This document shows, piece after piece, positions 29,295 through 43,746 of a stretch of DNA of 64,000 nt; within the stretch, counting starts at the first letter, position 1; every line of letters starts with the position of its first letter. The stretch lies in NCBI RefSeq assembly GCF_009914755.1, contig NC_060942.1; one strand, written 5' to 3'. The notes below the pieces were generated by a model that searched no databases, was not told where the DNA came from, and saw only the letters and a program-made list of their open reading frames with translations. Origin of the DNA: the human T2T-CHM13v2.0 reference genome, Homo sapiens. The position numbers and the translations under genes are program-made.

Positions 29295-29581
29295 GATATA
29301 TTTATCAACTGAGAATATTTGAATTGTTTGAACTTTATGGATATTATAAATAATATATGATATAAACACATAAACATTCATGTACAAATTTTTCTGTGGG
29401 CATATATTTTCAACTCTCTTGGGAATAGACCTAAGAATGGAATAGCTGGTTCATATAATAACTCTATGTTTAACCTTTGGAAGAACCATCAGACTTTTCC
29501 AAAGTGGCTGAACCATCTTACAATTCTCCAAGTAATATATAAAATTCCAATTTCTCCACATTTTTGGCATACTTGTTATCT

Positions 29582-29868
29582 TGTTTGTTTTTTTAAATCT
29601 CACTCTGTTGTCCAGGCTGGAGTGCAGTGACACAAACATGGCTCACTGCAGCCTCAACCTCTTGAGCTCAAGCAATCCTCCTGCCTCAGCCTGCTGTGTA
29701 GCTGGTACCACATGTGCATGCCACCGACTTGGCTTTTTAATATTTTTTTGTAGAGATGGGGTCTCATTTTGTTACCTAGGCTGGTCTTGAACTCCTGGGC
29801 TCAAGCAATCCTCCCACCTTGGACTCCCAAAGTGATGAGATTACAGGTGTGAGCCACCATGTCCAGCC
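29582..29868 (-). mobile_element. AluJ
   Basis: J diagnostics GCTCACTGCAGCCTC and GGGCTCAAGCAATCC. Confidence 0.9.
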
Positions 29869-31290
29869 CTGTCTTTTTTATTTTAGCCATTCCTAGGAGT
29901 GTAAAGTGATATTTCATCATGGTTTAGATTTGCATTTCCCTGATGACTAACAATGCTGAACACCTTTTATGTGCTTATTGGACATTCATACGTCTTCTTT
30001 GGAGAAATGTCTATTCAGATCCTTTTCCTGTTTTTTAATTGAGTTGTTTCTCATTATTGAGTTGTAAGTGTTCCTTGTATATTCTAGTTACAAGTGGCTT
30101 ATCAAGTATATAATTTGCAAATATTTTTCCCATCCTTTGGGTTGTCTTTTCACTTTCTTTATAGTGACCTTTGAAACACAAAGTTTTTTAATGTTGAAAT
30201 CTAATTTACCTTATTTTTCTTTTGTTGCTTGTGATTTTGGTGTCAGAGTTAAGGAACCCATTGTCATGAAGATTTATGATTATGTTTTCTCCTAAGAGTT
30301 TTATAGTTTAGGCTCTTACATTTAGGTCTTTGATTAATTTTGAGGTTTTTATCTATGTGAGGTAAGGGTCAAATTTATTGTTTTGCATATGAATATCCAT
30401 TTACGCCAGTATTATTTGTTAAAAATACTATTCTTTCTCCATTAAACTGTCTTGCCAACCCTGTTGAAAATCAATTGACCATAAATATGAGGGTTGATTT
30501 CTGAGCTCTCAATTCCAATCCATTGATGAACCACACTGTCTTAATTACTATGGCTTTATGGTAAGTTTTAAAATTGAAAGTGTGATTCTTCCAACTTTGT
30601 TCATGTTTTTCAGGATTGTTTTAGTTATTCTGAGTCTCTTGAATTTCTGTATGAATTTTTGACTCAGCTTATCAATTTTGGCAAAAAAGGCAGCTGGGAT
30701 TTTAACAGCAAGTATGTTGAATTTATAGATAAATTTGGAGAGTTATTGCCATTTTAACAATGTTTAGTCTTCCAATCCTTGATCATTAGATATCTTTCCA
30801 TTTATTGAGGTTTTATTTAATTTATTTGGATAATGTTTTATAGCTTGAGTGTAAGTTTTGCAATTGTTTTGTTAAATGTATCCTTAATTTTGTATTTTAT
30901 TCTTTGTAATGCTACTATAAATGAAATTATTTTCTTAATTCCACTTCAAATTGTTCATTACTAGTATATAGAAATGCAAATCATTTTTATAAGTGATTGT
31001 ATCCTGCCACCTCATTGAAGTCATTTGTTAATTCTAATTTTTTTTTTGGTGGATTATTTAGGATTTTTCAAGAGATAGTTTCTCCTTTCCAATCTACATA
31101 CTGGACTTTACTTTTTAACTATACGTTTCATATGAAATTTTGATGATTCTTCCCTAAAATGACTGAAAAATAGAAATAATAATGAAGCAATATATAAGAA
31201 GATGTATGTTATATTTAAATTACTTGGATATTTATGATAGAAAAAAATATATCTACCCTATGTCAGGCCTTGTGCTAAGTGACTCCTACA

Positions 31291-32480
31291 TTTTTTAAAT
31301 TAATAAACTAAATTTTTTAGAGTAGTTTTAGGTTCAAAGAAAAACTGAGCTGAAGATAGAGAATTTCCATATACCCCCTGCCCCACACAAGCTCAACCTC
31401 CCCCATTTTCAACATCCCTCATTACAGTGGAACACTGGTTACACATGAACATACTAAAGTGGACTCATAGTTTACATTGAGATTCACTTTTGGTATTGCA
31501 CATTCTATAGGGTTAATAAATGTATAACAACATATATCTATCATTATAGTATCTTACATAGTAGTTTCAGTGCCCTAAAAATCCTCCATGCTCTGCTGAC
31601 TTATCCTTCCCTCTCCCCTAACCCTGGCAACCACTGATGTTTTTACTGTCTCCATGGTCTTGCCTTTTCCAGAATGTCATATTGTTGGAATCATACAGTA
31701 TGTAGCCTTTTCAGATTGGGTTCTTTCATTTACTAATATGCATTTTTAAGTTTTCTTCATGTCTTTTCATGGCATGACACCTCATTTCTTTTTAGTGCCA
31801 AGTAATATTACATTGTGTAGAAGTACCACAGTTAACTTGTCCATTCACTTACTAAAGGACATCTTATTTGCTTGCAAGTTTTGATAATTATGAATAAAGC
31901 TGCTATAAATATTTGTGTGTATGTTTTGCATAGATACAAGTTTTCAGTTCATTTGGATAAATACCAAGGAGCATGATTGCTGTATCACATAAAAAAAGTA
32001 TGTTTAGTTTTGAAAGAAAGTGCCAAACTGCCTGAGTGACTGTACCATTTTGTATTCCCACCAATAACGAATGAGACAGCTACAATTGTTCTACATCTTT
32101 GCCAGCATTTGTGGTGTCAGTGTTTGGGATTTTGGCCATTCAGTGGGTATGCAGTGGTATTTTACTGTTTTAATTTGCAATTCCCTAATGACATACAATG
32201 TTGAGCATCTTTCATATGCTTACTTGCCATCTGCTTATCTTCTTTGGTGAGGTGTCTATTCAGGTCTTTTGCCCATTTATTTTTAAATGGAGTTGTTCAT
32301 TTTCTTATTGTTGAGCTTCAGGAGTTCTTTGTATATTTTGGATAACAGTCTTATATTAGATGTCCTTGAGAGATATTTTCTTCCAGTCTGTGGCTGGTCT
32401 TCTCAATCTCATGACATTGTCTTATGCAGAACAGTTTTTAATTTTAATGAAGTCCAGCTTATCAATTACTTCTCCCTACA
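31291..32480 (-). mobile_element. L1MC1/2-like 3' portion
   Basis: TTTTAGAGTAGTTTTAGGTTCAAAGAAAAACTGAGC terminus and CCCTGGCAACCACTGAT motif. Confidence 0.8.
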
Positions 32481-33864
32481 TTATGTAGTAAGTTTATAAG
32501 CATCTTCAAAATAAGTATTAGTAATTCATTTTACACATGAGAAAACAGAGAGTTCAACATCAGGGATTTAGATATCCATCAATCGAGGAGAGATCTGAAA
32601 CCAGGTTGTTTGGCTGAAAAGCCAGATTTAAGGTACTCAACAAAATGCTTTAGAAAGAGATTTTTAATAAATGAAAAATAATACCAATGACCCTAAGGTC
32701 TGCATTTGGCTCTGGAGAAGGCATCCCATGGTGCCCCTATGGCCCCTGAGGCCATGCTCACCTATGCTGCCTTGAAACATCATCATGCTCCTGGATTGCC
32801 CAGGTGGCTTCCTTCACTTAGCCACTGGTGAGGTCAGTTCTTCCCAAGTAGTCCCACAGTCTTGCCAGAATGGCCACTATTCCTCTAACTTTTCCTTTTC
32901 CATCACCCACCGTATGCAAATCAAAATCTCTGCCTAAATAATTATATGGTTTTCAAAAATAATGAAATCATTAATTATTTCTATTTAACCATTAATAAAA
33001 TTGATTAACAGTTACATTTTGTAGGCATTTATGTTGGCACGTATTCATTTTGATTTAGCAATTTCCTTTTTCTTTTCTTTTTTTGGAACCAAAACCTATG
33101 TTTTTCAGCACCCAAACATTTTCACAAGTCTTTGAAAAGATCATAGGCTCTGGGCAAGGGGTTGATTAGAGTTGCCACTGGAAAAAAATTATCCAACCAC
33201 ATTTCATCTCCCCTTTGGCCCAGCATTTTTAAATGATTAACCCACCAAACCAAGTACATTTGCCTTCTCGGTTTAATTAATAATGTGTTCTTATAACCTC
33301 ACAGAATCGATATGCCTAGAAACAAATGCAAAGGGCTTTTGTTTTCTACATCACTCAGCCACATTATAGAAAAAGGTGTAACATTCATTGGGCTTTTAGA
33401 AGTTCTGAACTTAGCTTAATAGTTCTCAGATCTGAGTACCTGGGATATTGGGACCCCAGTTTGTGGATTACTAGCTAGGTAATATTAAAAGTCTTTTTCA
33501 GTTGTAACATTTTGTGAAAAAGAAACCACAAAATACTCCCATGAATATTATCTCTGTTTCACTGTAATTAGCTCTTATTTCTCTAGCCTGATTACTTGCC
33601 CCTCTCCAGTGAGTCTCTAGCTATTTTCACAGCTTAAGCCTCTGTTTGTTTATGTCTATACTTAGGTTGCAGGTGATAATTGCCTACTTATCAGTTTTTT
33701 TGTTTTGGGTTTTTTTTTTTTTTTCTACTTGCTCTCTAAGCCTTTTCTAAGTTTCTCCTAGACTTTCTTTCACACCTTTTTCTTTTGAGTGGTTCAAATT
33801 CCATTTAGAGTGATGTTTCCTTAAGCACTTATTCTAGGTATTGATGTTTTCTTAAAAGAGTCTT

Positions 33865-34150
33865 TTCATTCACTCAACAGAGAATGAACCAATGTTAAGT
33901 AAGGGTCAGGCACAGTAAAGCATGCTGAGAATACAACAGTAAAATATGGTCACTCAGTTACAGTTTAGTGTGGGAGATCAATACTAGACTGACTATAAGT
34001 CACACAAGTAAATTAATGATTGCAAAGTATGATAAATGTTATGAAGGAAAGGTACAAGGTGCTGTGAGAGAGAATATCCAGGGAACCTAATGGAGATGGG
34101 TAGAGGGGGAAAGGCCCCATCAAGAGAAACAGCATTTAGAATGATCCCAA
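33865..34150 (-). mobile_element. L2 3' fragment
   Basis: TTCATTCACTCAACA tail and purine-rich L2 body. Confidence 0.55.
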
Positions 34151-34699
34151 GGTTTTATTTTAAGTTTTACATTTTACACTAGTACAAGTATTAGTTAACC
34201 AATGATGAAACCGTGCATTTTTCAATATTGCTGGCAAGGAAACAGTTGGATATATTTCAATTGCCTACATTACGAGTAAATTTTTGATACAGGTAAAGAA
34301 AGTAGTGGGTGAAGGAGAGATCCAAGTACGTTACCACTTATCCTCTTCTCAGAATACTCTTTCCTGATGACCCAGTAGCAGAGTTTCCTCATAAGGTTAC
34401 CACCAGTAATAACAGATGTTATTTTTCTCCCCTTGCCTTTTACTATTGTTTATTTTATGACTAAAACCCTTGGACCCTCTGCCATTCTGCTTCCTTCTTG
34501 TTCTTAAGGTTGGTGGTTCTTGAGCCTAATTACTCATCAGAATAACTTTGGCCATCTTAGAAACTGTAGGATTCCCCAACCAATTCCAGAACTCATGAAC
34601 TGAAATGTCCCAGGGAAAGACCTCAGTAATCCACGTTAAAAAAAAAATGCTTCTCGTGTGATTATGATCTGAAGGAGAGCTAGGAACCCTTGTCTCACT

Positions 34700-34810
34700 C
34701 CTAGTTATGTGCCTTTGGGCAAATTATTTATTTTCTCTGTGACTCAGTTTCCTCAATTATAAAATAGGAATCTTAATGGTACCTATCTCACAGAGTTGTT
34801 GTCAGTATAA
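34700..34810 (+). mobile_element. MIR fragment
   Basis: GGGCAAATTATTT...CTCAGTTTCCTCAATTATAAAATAGG...TACCTATCTCACAG. Confidence 0.75.
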
Positions 34811-34869
34811 AAAGATGTAGACAATTCAGAGTTCATGTAACATATTTGGATGGGAAACTCAGCCACTGA

Positions 34870-35041
34870 AGGAAATGCCAGTTCTAAAGGCCTTAGGAAC
34901 TCAGGGTTTTCCCAAAAACAGGAAGGTTCTCATGGAGTCATCTCTGGTTCTGATTTCTGAGGTCATTTTGTGAGCTCCTTTAAGAGATGAGCAATTCTAC
35001 CACCACAGAGTTAAATGTGGTTTCATGGATATCAGCTACAG
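34870..35041 (-). repeat. Unique 3' flank of AluJ; donor of the inverted duplication at 58783-58950
   Basis: Reverse complement of 34918-35041 aligns without gaps to 58783-58906 (114/124 identical by manual count); gapped similarity continues to CTGGCATTTCC. Confidence 0.95.
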
Positions 35042-35359
35042 TTTTTTTGTTGTTTTTGTTTTCATTTATTTATTTGAGATGAGGTCTCACTCTGTCACCC
35101 AGGCTGAAGTGCAGTGGCACAATCACGGCTCACTGAAGCCTTGACCTTCCTGGGCTCAAGTGATTCTCCCGCCTCAGGCTCTCCAGCAGCTGGGACTACA
35201 GGCACCACACTTGGCTAATTTTAAAATTTATTTTATTTTTTGTTGAGACAGGGTCTCACTATGTTGCCCAGGTTGCTCTCAAACTCCTGGGCTTAAGTGA
35301 TCCTCTTGCCTCATCCTTCAAAAGTGTTGGGATTCCAGGCATGAGTCACCATGCCTGGC
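35042..35359 (-). mobile_element. AluJ (donor element)
   Basis: Full dimer; TSD ATCAGCTAC(A/T)G at 35031-35041 / 35360-35370. Confidence 0.93.
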
Positions 35360-35439
35360 ATCAGCTACTGTCATAAAACCTGCCTACATGCCTGTTTTGG
35401 TGTACCACATGCCTATTTTGGAGTACTGCCCCTACTCCC

Positions 35440-35995
35440 CCTCCCTGTTGATTGGCAGGAGGCTGTCAGTTCTCAAATCATACTTTCCTAGCCACAGGTG
35501 AAGAAGGTCTATAACTCAGGTTGGCCAATCAGAATATTTATTTCTGTGGGTATGGCAGCTGGTACATAGGTTAGCAGAAGACCTCAGTAGGATGAATCAG
35601 AATCCAATTTTGGTAAATAATTGGGGAAACAGGGAAGAAAGGGAGTCCTTTTTGAAACTGCTATCAATAAAGATGATAAAAGGCAGGAACTTCCCAGTGG
35701 GTATCTTTGATGTCAAACGCAGGAATCTGCTGAGGATTGAGGATGACACCATATGGAGGAAAGTAGAGTCAAGAGAAGAAGCCATGGATGGAGAGAGCCC
35801 TGGTGAAAACATTGTTGGCCCTCTGGATCTAGCTATTCTGAAATCACTCTGGACTTTCCAGGGGCGATACTGAGAACGTCTCTCATCAAATGAATACATC
35901 TAGGTTTCTATGCATCTATCTATTAATGTATTTATTAGTTTAACTTACTTGGAGATGAATTTCTGCCACTTAAAACCCAGAGTTCTGTACAGTAC
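35440..35995. mobile_element. Old MaLR LTR (MLT1K/L-like)
   Basis: GGCCAATCAGAAT motif and TTTCTGCCACTTAAAACCCAGAGTTCTG terminus. Confidence 0.5.
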
Positions 35996-37180
35996 ATTTG
36001 GATATACTTGTCTTTTTTATGATAAATTGGTGGTCAATGTGGCTTATTCTGGGGTGTTGTGTTTGAAGCTCGTGAGAGGCTGAGGCTGAGGCTGTCTCTC
36101 TCTAACAACCCAGAGGAGTAAAAGCAGGAGTATGGATAAGAGATGGAGGCAGGATCATAACTGCTTTAGCAATCTTTGTATTATAATTACGGAAGAACAA
36201 ACGCACCAGTGTATTTAAAATGAATGAATTACAGACATTTCTCATAGAAAGTTTAAAAATTGATTTACTATCTGAACTGCTCAGAAATTTTGCTACTGCC
36301 CAGATATAATTCTGGATTTGTGTGGGTCTGTTCTTTCCACTAAATGAAACAACCTTAATAAAAATGCTGTTCTTACAACTTCAATAAGAGCTTTTGTCTT
36401 ACATTAAAGCTTTATAATATTGCATTCTATTGTGAGTAGACCTCTATTCAGAGTTACATTGAATACAAATCGGAATAGGGTTACAAGCAACATTAAAAGT
36501 TAATGAAAAATCAGCCTTGTACATGTAGAACAACAACAAAAAAAGTTGAAGGAAAGAAAGTACATAATTACGCTAGTTTCAGTTAAGACTTAGGTAATAG
36601 TTCCACATTTGAAATCTAGATCATTCTCTCCCCCTCCATCCCATGTAATTATCCATTCAACTTACTAATGAACATTTGTCATACAGAACTAGCAAGAACT
36701 CCAAAATGAAGAGGTGGAGCTGAAAGAGTGAAGGAGAAAAAGGCAAATTTGATGCATGTGGAAGCAAAAGAGTATAGGAAAACATCAGTTTTTATTGAAC
36801 GATCTGTTACTAAAAATGTGCAGGAGTGCCAAGGTTTATTTTGGTTATCATATGAAGAAACACATATGAACCTAATACATCTCCAGTTTGACTACTCAAA
36901 AGAAAAAAAATAGGGTAAAAGGAAAGCATTTTAAGTGAGTGAAAGGACCAGCACTGCAGAGCTGGAAGGAAACTTGAACAACTCCTATTATAACTTCCTC
37001 ATGGTTTAGGTGAGGAGACGCATCTGTGTGGACTGAGGGCCTTGGCTAAGACAATGCAGCTACTAAATGGGTGTTCTTGTGGTGCCAATTAATGACTTAT
37101 TTCCCTCTCTGAAATATATATCAATGAGGAAATAACATACAGATCAAGCACAGTTCTTATATTAGACACATTTCTCAGAA

Positions 37181-37463
37181 CTCCCAATGTGGGGATTCTA
37201 TCAGTGCTGAGTATGTCTATTCCAATGATGCATGCAGAAACAGGGAAAATGACCACAGCATGGATATGGGGACCATTGGATCCACTATGAGATGGAGCTA
37301 AGCTGAAACTCCATTGATCACCTGACCTCCATACACCCATACTCTGACAGTTATGTTTTGGCTCTCCCAAAAGTAGTGCCAATTCAGAGCTGGTGCCCTG
37401 TAATACCCCCCAAATCTGATTATCTTCTTTTTCCCAACACACCATCACCCTGGTAAAAGGCCA
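37181..37463 (-). mobile_element. ERVL internal fragment (protease region)
   Basis: Translation WEKEDNQIWGVLQGTSSELALLLGEPKHNC...HAVVIFPVSACIIGIDILS matches ERVL WGKGNNQTFRGLLDTGSELTLIPGDPK...HPVVISPVPECIIGIDILS. Confidence 0.85.
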
Positions 37464-40364
37464 TTGTGTTCAATAATATCCTAGAGAGACTTTTGAAATT
37501 ATGTAGGGTTTTTAAAAATAGAGACTTGCATTTATAGATAAAAAATAGTTTATAATACCATAAAGATAGACCATCATGCTGTGGGTTTAAATTCTACAGG
37601 AGCAGAAAAAAAAGAGAAGTCTGGGGAGGGCTAATAGGCAATGGGGAAAAATGTCAAAAATCAGAGAAGATTTACTTATTTCTCCAAGACACCTTATTAG
37701 TTCTTAGAATTGCTGGTGAGCAGTTTGCTGCAAAGCAGGAATAAATATTGTGGCAACAGAAGAGAGTATTTCTTATGTGCTGACATCAAGAACATGGTCT
37801 GCTAGGATCTGAGGAGGCCAGAGAGAGACTGGCAACAAGGCTACTCTTTGCAAACCACCACCACCACAGCAAACCTGGGACCTCCATCTTATACTGGGCC
37901 AAGCAGAGAAAATACTATCCTGTCACATTTTCACAGACCCACCTCTCTCAGGAATTCTTTCTCCTCTCTGCAGTCCTTGGCCATCAGTGACTTTCATGAA
38001 TATTTGGAGAGTACAAATGCGGACAGACGTATGCCCTTATGAAGTTATATGAGCTGTACAAAGGAGCTGACAGAAAGGAAAGGCAACACAATTCTTTGAA
38101 GTTAATACAGTGATTCATGCTGTAGTGCTACCCGCTGCACACACACAAATGTAACAACCCAAAGGGTCCCCAAAGTCAAAACTGAATAAATGAATATTTA
38201 AGAAATCCAGATGCTAAAAATACACCTGAGATCTCATTTTCTTCTTAATCAGAAATTGCTTCAGGGAAGAAGGCTCTTTATCTTCTGGAATCCAACATGA
38301 GCCAAGTTAACTTGGCATCCTGGCAGAAATCAAGGATAACCTGATTCTTGCCAGTTGTAAACAGAGAGCATGAAATTTAAATTTCAGAGATACAGAGGGA
38401 AAAAGCTGCCTACCTGTTGCTGTGAATGAACAAAGACTTATGCTATTTAAATATCAATGGGTAGTGCCAGAGTAAAATTTGAATACGTTTGGATGATTTC
38501 AAATGCATACCTGCTTTTACAAGCTCAATCTAGTTGAGGCAAAAACACTTCAAAAGGACCAGAAACAGAATTAAAACCCATTACATTTTCCCATTACCAC
38601 TAGTTTTCCATTTAAGCACACCACCATTTTTCCATCAATTCTTGATTGCTCATAACTCTTCAAACCTCTTCCAAAACTACAGCATCCTGCTTTTTGGATA
38701 TGGAGTTTCAGGTTGCAGTTATAACTTTTCCCTTAGCTTTAGTTTATTGGACACACCTTTGATTCAAAGCAAACCAGGAGTCTCTACCTAATTTTCTGCC
38801 ACTGGTTCAGTGAATAGAGTTCTGATTTCTGTTGATTATTGAATTGCTTCTGGGATGGGTCTAAAATGCAGGCACTGACCCTTAATGTCAATCACAAAAT
38901 TCTGAGTCCAAAATTCTGAAGCAATTTCATTGTTTACAGTATATTTCTGGCAGAGTGATAATAAGCAGCCTGATCACTTTATGGATTTGTCTCTCTCCCG
39001 AGCAAACTTAAAAGAAGGCTTAGTAAAACCTACATTGGTTTATTGAGTGTATGAAAGCTGGCTGCTACTCGGTTTATTCCTGTTACTAGACATTCTTTGG
39101 CTTTATACATCTGAAAAGAATTTTCAAATTGAGGATTTTTTCTTTGTGCTACTAAATATGTCTTTCTTAGCTAATTATTATGTGATGGGTCATATAGAAA
39201 GCAATGAGAACATATTATGATGAAATCATTCCAATTTTTAAGTATATTTCATATGATAAGAAATGTAAAACTGTGAGAGCCCTAATTTATACAAACTAGC
39301 TATTCACATTAAATTAGTTATAAAAGTAATTTGAAAGCTGTTCATAAGACCATGAAATATGTAAGTATTTATGTCTATTGTTTTTCATTTGCAAACAAGT
39401 ATTAATTGAGACTTTGCCCATATGGTACGTAATAAACATTCTGGAATTCTACATTTATCATTCTGATGTTTTTCTTAAGAGTACTTTTAGGCATTTTCTA
39501 CCAGTACTGGGCTCAGAACACAGCCCCAGCACGGGAAGCTGGGGAGTTTCCTTCTGTATTGGTTTCTCTCTAAATAAATTTGAACCATTTTTCATATTAA
39601 CTTTTCCCCTTCTCAATTTTTTTAAGAATTAATGAGAAAAATTCTTCATCAAGATTCTTGCTAAAGAGATTCATACTAAATATGTAGCCAGCAGCCACCC
39701 ACATATCAGTTAAATGTCAATGGGAAAGAAGAAAATGGCATCTGTACAGGATATATTTTGTTCTTTCTCTGAGACGGAGCCAAACAAATGGGAAGCTTCC
39801 TGAGAAGATAGCCGTCAATGTCACTAATGTTATCTCTGCCTCCATATTCTTTTTTGTTGGCTTTTAAAAATCACAAGTACTTTAGACAACAACTTTCTAC
39901 TGTGGGTCACATAGACAGGCTACCCAAGTGAGTTTCAATATTCTCCAAAACAAAGGAAGTGTAAAAGGGTAACATGGAGAAAATAAGAGAAATAAGGAGT
40001 CTGGGTAACAGAATGAAAGTTTGATAACTAATCTGAATAGTAAATTGTATTTATTACAGAAAAAAACAAAATTATATTACACAAAAATTTAGCTACCTTT
40101 TCAGTAAAATACCGCATGATAAAGAAGTTTTGCAGAAGCATGTTGCTCTGACAGAGTACAATCATGCACTTTTCGCTCTATGAAATCAGATGATGGATTC
40201 TCACAGACATTCTGATAAAAAACATCATTTTCATGGTTACGGAAGTTTGGAGGTTGCTACATGTGCCTCTGACTAAGAGAGAAGGCATACACCTGTATTT
40301 AGCTTCCAAGATTTCTAACTTGATATTTTCAAATTGAGTTAACAAAATCCTACCAGTTGTGGCC

Positions 40365-42090
40365 AAGGAACACATATGTTAGGCACAGGGGATGCAATGG
40401 TACAATGTTCCCCCAGTGCCGCCATCACAGATCTCATGGTCTAGTGGGTTGAGTGTGATAAGGATGATATTAAACAACACTTTAAATCTACCCTCGTGAG
40501 GGCTTCAACTGGGAAGAATAGAGAGCACAAGGGAGAGGCAACTTAAGCATCTGAGTAACAGGAACTGTTTGAGAGGCACCTGCAGAGGCCTAGGGTTGAG
40601 AGATCTGATGGTCAGTTGAGAAACTGAAAATTTAGGACAGCTGGAGGTTTAGGGCAATGTGAGCAATGTGGCCAGAAATGAGCCTAAAGAGTTAGGCAGA
40701 GGCCACATCATGAAGGGTTTTGATAGCCTGAGTATGGAGTTGAGGTTTGTCCTGAGAGCCACTGGGGAGACATGAAGAGCTTCAAGCAGGAGGATAATCA
40801 GGCTTCAAGCAGGACAATGAGGCTCAGTGAGGACAATGGGATGGTGACAGGGCAAGGTCACGGGATGGGGAGGAAGGCTGCTTTAGGGGCTGCTGCAGCA
40901 ACCTCAGAAAAGGATAATTGTGACATAGACTGAGGCAGTAGTAATGGGATAGAGAGAAGTAGACACACTTGGGAGTAGCTACAAAGATCTTTCTGGATAA
41001 CATGTAGGTGCAGGCAGAGAGGAAGGAAGAGGAAACTGGAGGCATCATACATGACAACAGTCTTAGGTGGAGCCATTGCACCACTACTGAATCGGAGTAT
41101 TCTGGAGGAAGTATAGACTTTGGAGAGAAATTATGACTTTAGCTCAATTACTGAGTTTAAGGGGTCTGGAGACATTCAAGTATAGATGCCCAGGGAACAA
41201 ATGGCACTACAGAGACTTGCAAGGGATCAAATTTCTGTGTATGGGATCACACAGGGAATCCAAGTAGAGTGAGATGAAAGAGAATAAGGGTAGAACTCTG
41301 AAGAACATCAATATCTAAGGGATGAGAAAAGGAAATAAAGTAGTCTGAAGAGCAAACTGAGAGTGCAGCCAGACAGCAGTAAGAAAACTGGGAAGGCCTG
41401 TCTTCATGGACGTCAAGGGAAAGTGGCATGAAGTGGACATCGCCAGTATCTAATGCTGCACAGAACTCAAAAGAGGAGGACTGAAAAGGACTTATTGGAT
41501 TTAATGGTGGGAAGGTGGTTGCGGAGAAAAGGACCAGTGGTTGATAGGGGCAGACTCCAGTAAGAAAGGTGAGGGTGAGGATGGTCATACAGTGGAGATA
41601 GTTATGACACAAAATTATTCAAAGAAGTTAAAGAGGAGGGAAGAAATAAATTGGGGGGAATAGGGAAAATATGGTTGAAAGAATTAGATATTTGAGTTGT
41701 GCTTTATTTTTAGACAGAAGAGATTGAACTGTGTATAATTACAGAAACGACAAAGCAATACAGAAAGAGACGATGATACAGAAGAGAATACATAGACGAT
41801 GGGCAAGACCACTGAGGAGGCAGAAGCCCTTGGGAGCCAGATGTGAGTAGAAGAATAAGGAGGAGGAGGAGGAAGTAGCTGAGAGGGGAGCCAGGCATGA
41901 AGGTGGAAATAAGTGAGTCTATGTCTTGGTAGCAGGAAGCTCTGGGAGTTTTCTTTGATACTAGCCATCTCTTTTCTGTGACGACAGAGGAGAGGTGATC
42001 TGCAGTGACATGGGGAGGAGACGTGTTTGGAGTGTCAAGGAGAAAGTAACATAAAAGCTGCCTCTCTAGAAAACAGGAGGGAAAAAGCTC
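40365..42090 (-). mobile_element. Long L2 fragment
   Basis: Purine-rich antisense L2 body (GGCAGAGGCCACATCATGAAGGG...GACATTCAAGTATAGATG). Confidence 0.7.
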
Positions 42091-42320
42091 AGTAGAGAAC
42101 TTAGGATTGCCAAGCAACATTAAGGACTCATCAATTTATCCTGGTACCAATCCATCTTGTGTAATTTTCTGTCACAATCTACAGTTGCCATATATGAAAA
42201 CAGACACCCTGGCTGATCTTGGGGATGAAACCATGAAATATAGTATTTTGTGATACATTGGTTATGAGGCTTCTTCATGACCCGAGCAAAACACACCCAC
42301 AAAAAGATTCCAAAATCATT

Positions 42321-42623
42321 TTTATTTTATTTATTTATTTTTTGAGATGGAGTCTTGCTCTGTCGCCCAGGCTGGACTGCAGTGGCGCGATCTTGGCTCA
42401 CTGCAACCTCCGCCTCCCAGGTTCAAGCAATGCTCCTGCCTCAGCCTCCTGAGTAACAGGGACTACAGGCAAGTGCCATGACGCCCGGCTAATTTTTGTA
42501 TTTTTAGTAGAGACGGGGTTTCACCATATTGGCCAGGCTGGTCTCGAACTCCTGACCCCATGATCCACCCGCCTCGGCCTCCCAAAGTGCTGGGATTATA
42601 GGCGTGAGCCACCGTGCCCGGCC
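42321..42623 (-). mobile_element. AluS (Sg/Sc-like)
   Basis: Full dimer; TSD C(A/C)AAATCATT. Confidence 0.95.
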
Positions 42624-43417
42624 CCAAATCATTAAGTGAATCCAGGAACAGTAAATTTTTTCTCAAACACTCTGAACCTAGCAAAACGGAGAAGATTGGC
42701 CAGTCCATATATCTACTTAACTAGTAGCAAGATACTACTCCATTAATGTGATAATCATTGGTTAAATGATTTTTGGGTTATACATTAAATTCCTATGTGA
42801 CTGTGTAGTATGATTAGTGACCCAAAAGTTGTTTAATTCTTGGAAACTGGCAAAATGAAGTATCTAGAATTGCAATGCTCACAAATGGACCTAGAAGGTA
42901 GTGACTACACCAAAGATCTGATACATTGTGAATCATGGATAAACCGTTGGCTGCTCTGTCTTTTTGGAATCACTCCTCCATTTCTTTCCATTGAATTCCT
43001 TTTTGGGGTCTCCTATGTTCTAGGCCCTGTGGTCCTAACCCTCATGGGGCTTTCAGTAGGGAAGGAGGCAGGCACAATGGCAAATGTTTAAAACCCAGGC
43101 AGAATCATGCAGTAAGAAATGAAGCTAAAAGGTTGAGAAATAGTAGAGGAAAGTGAATTAATTTTGTCTGTTGGATTAGCACACACACACAAAATGTACT
43201 TTCAAGTTTCTGTATAAAACACGATAAAACTTTTAGCATTCTGTGACTTAGGGAAAAATAACAGACAGAACACTTAATGAAAACTAAGTTTCTTCTTTCA
43301 TTTAAAAATGATCCTTATTTTATTTTCAAGTTTTATACTTCTTTGGTCTGTGATGAATTAGAGAAACTGTGCAACTTGCCACCAAACCTCTTAATTGCCT
43401 TAATTGCTTGGTTTATT

Positions 43418-43746
43418 TTTATTTTTTATTTTTTTTATTTTTATTTTTATTTTTAGATAGTGTTGCTCTGTCACCCAGGCTGGCGTGCAGTGCAGTGCAG
43501 TGCAGTGGCATGATCACAGCTCACTGCAACTGCCACCTCCTGAGTTCAAGCAATTCTCCTGCCCCAGTCACCCATGTAGATGGGATTACAGATGTGCATC
43601 ATCATGCCCAGATAATGTTTGTATTTTTAGTAGAGATGGAGTTTCACCATGTTGCCCAGGCTGGTCTCGAACTCCTGACCTCAAATGTTCCATCAGCCTC
43701 GGCCTCCCAAAGTGCTGGGATTACAGATGTGAGCCACTGCATGACC
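43418..43746 (-). mobile_element. Alu (S/J) with internal (GTGCA)4 expansion
   Basis: Full dimer; TSD CTTGGTTTATT (43407-43417 / 43747-43757). Confidence 0.93.

Larger units (their letters stand above)
28500..31100 (-). mobile_element. L1MB-like 3' portion, interrupted by THE1D and AluJ
   Basis: 3' end CAGCTATACTGAGGTATAATTTGCACACCATACAATTCA followed by decayed antisense ORF2. Confidence 0.8.

Noticed and set aside
35385-35427. Short tandem duplications (also near 28868-28908 and 40779-40815)
   Set aside because: Ordinary two-copy slippage products; not arrays and not CRISPR-like
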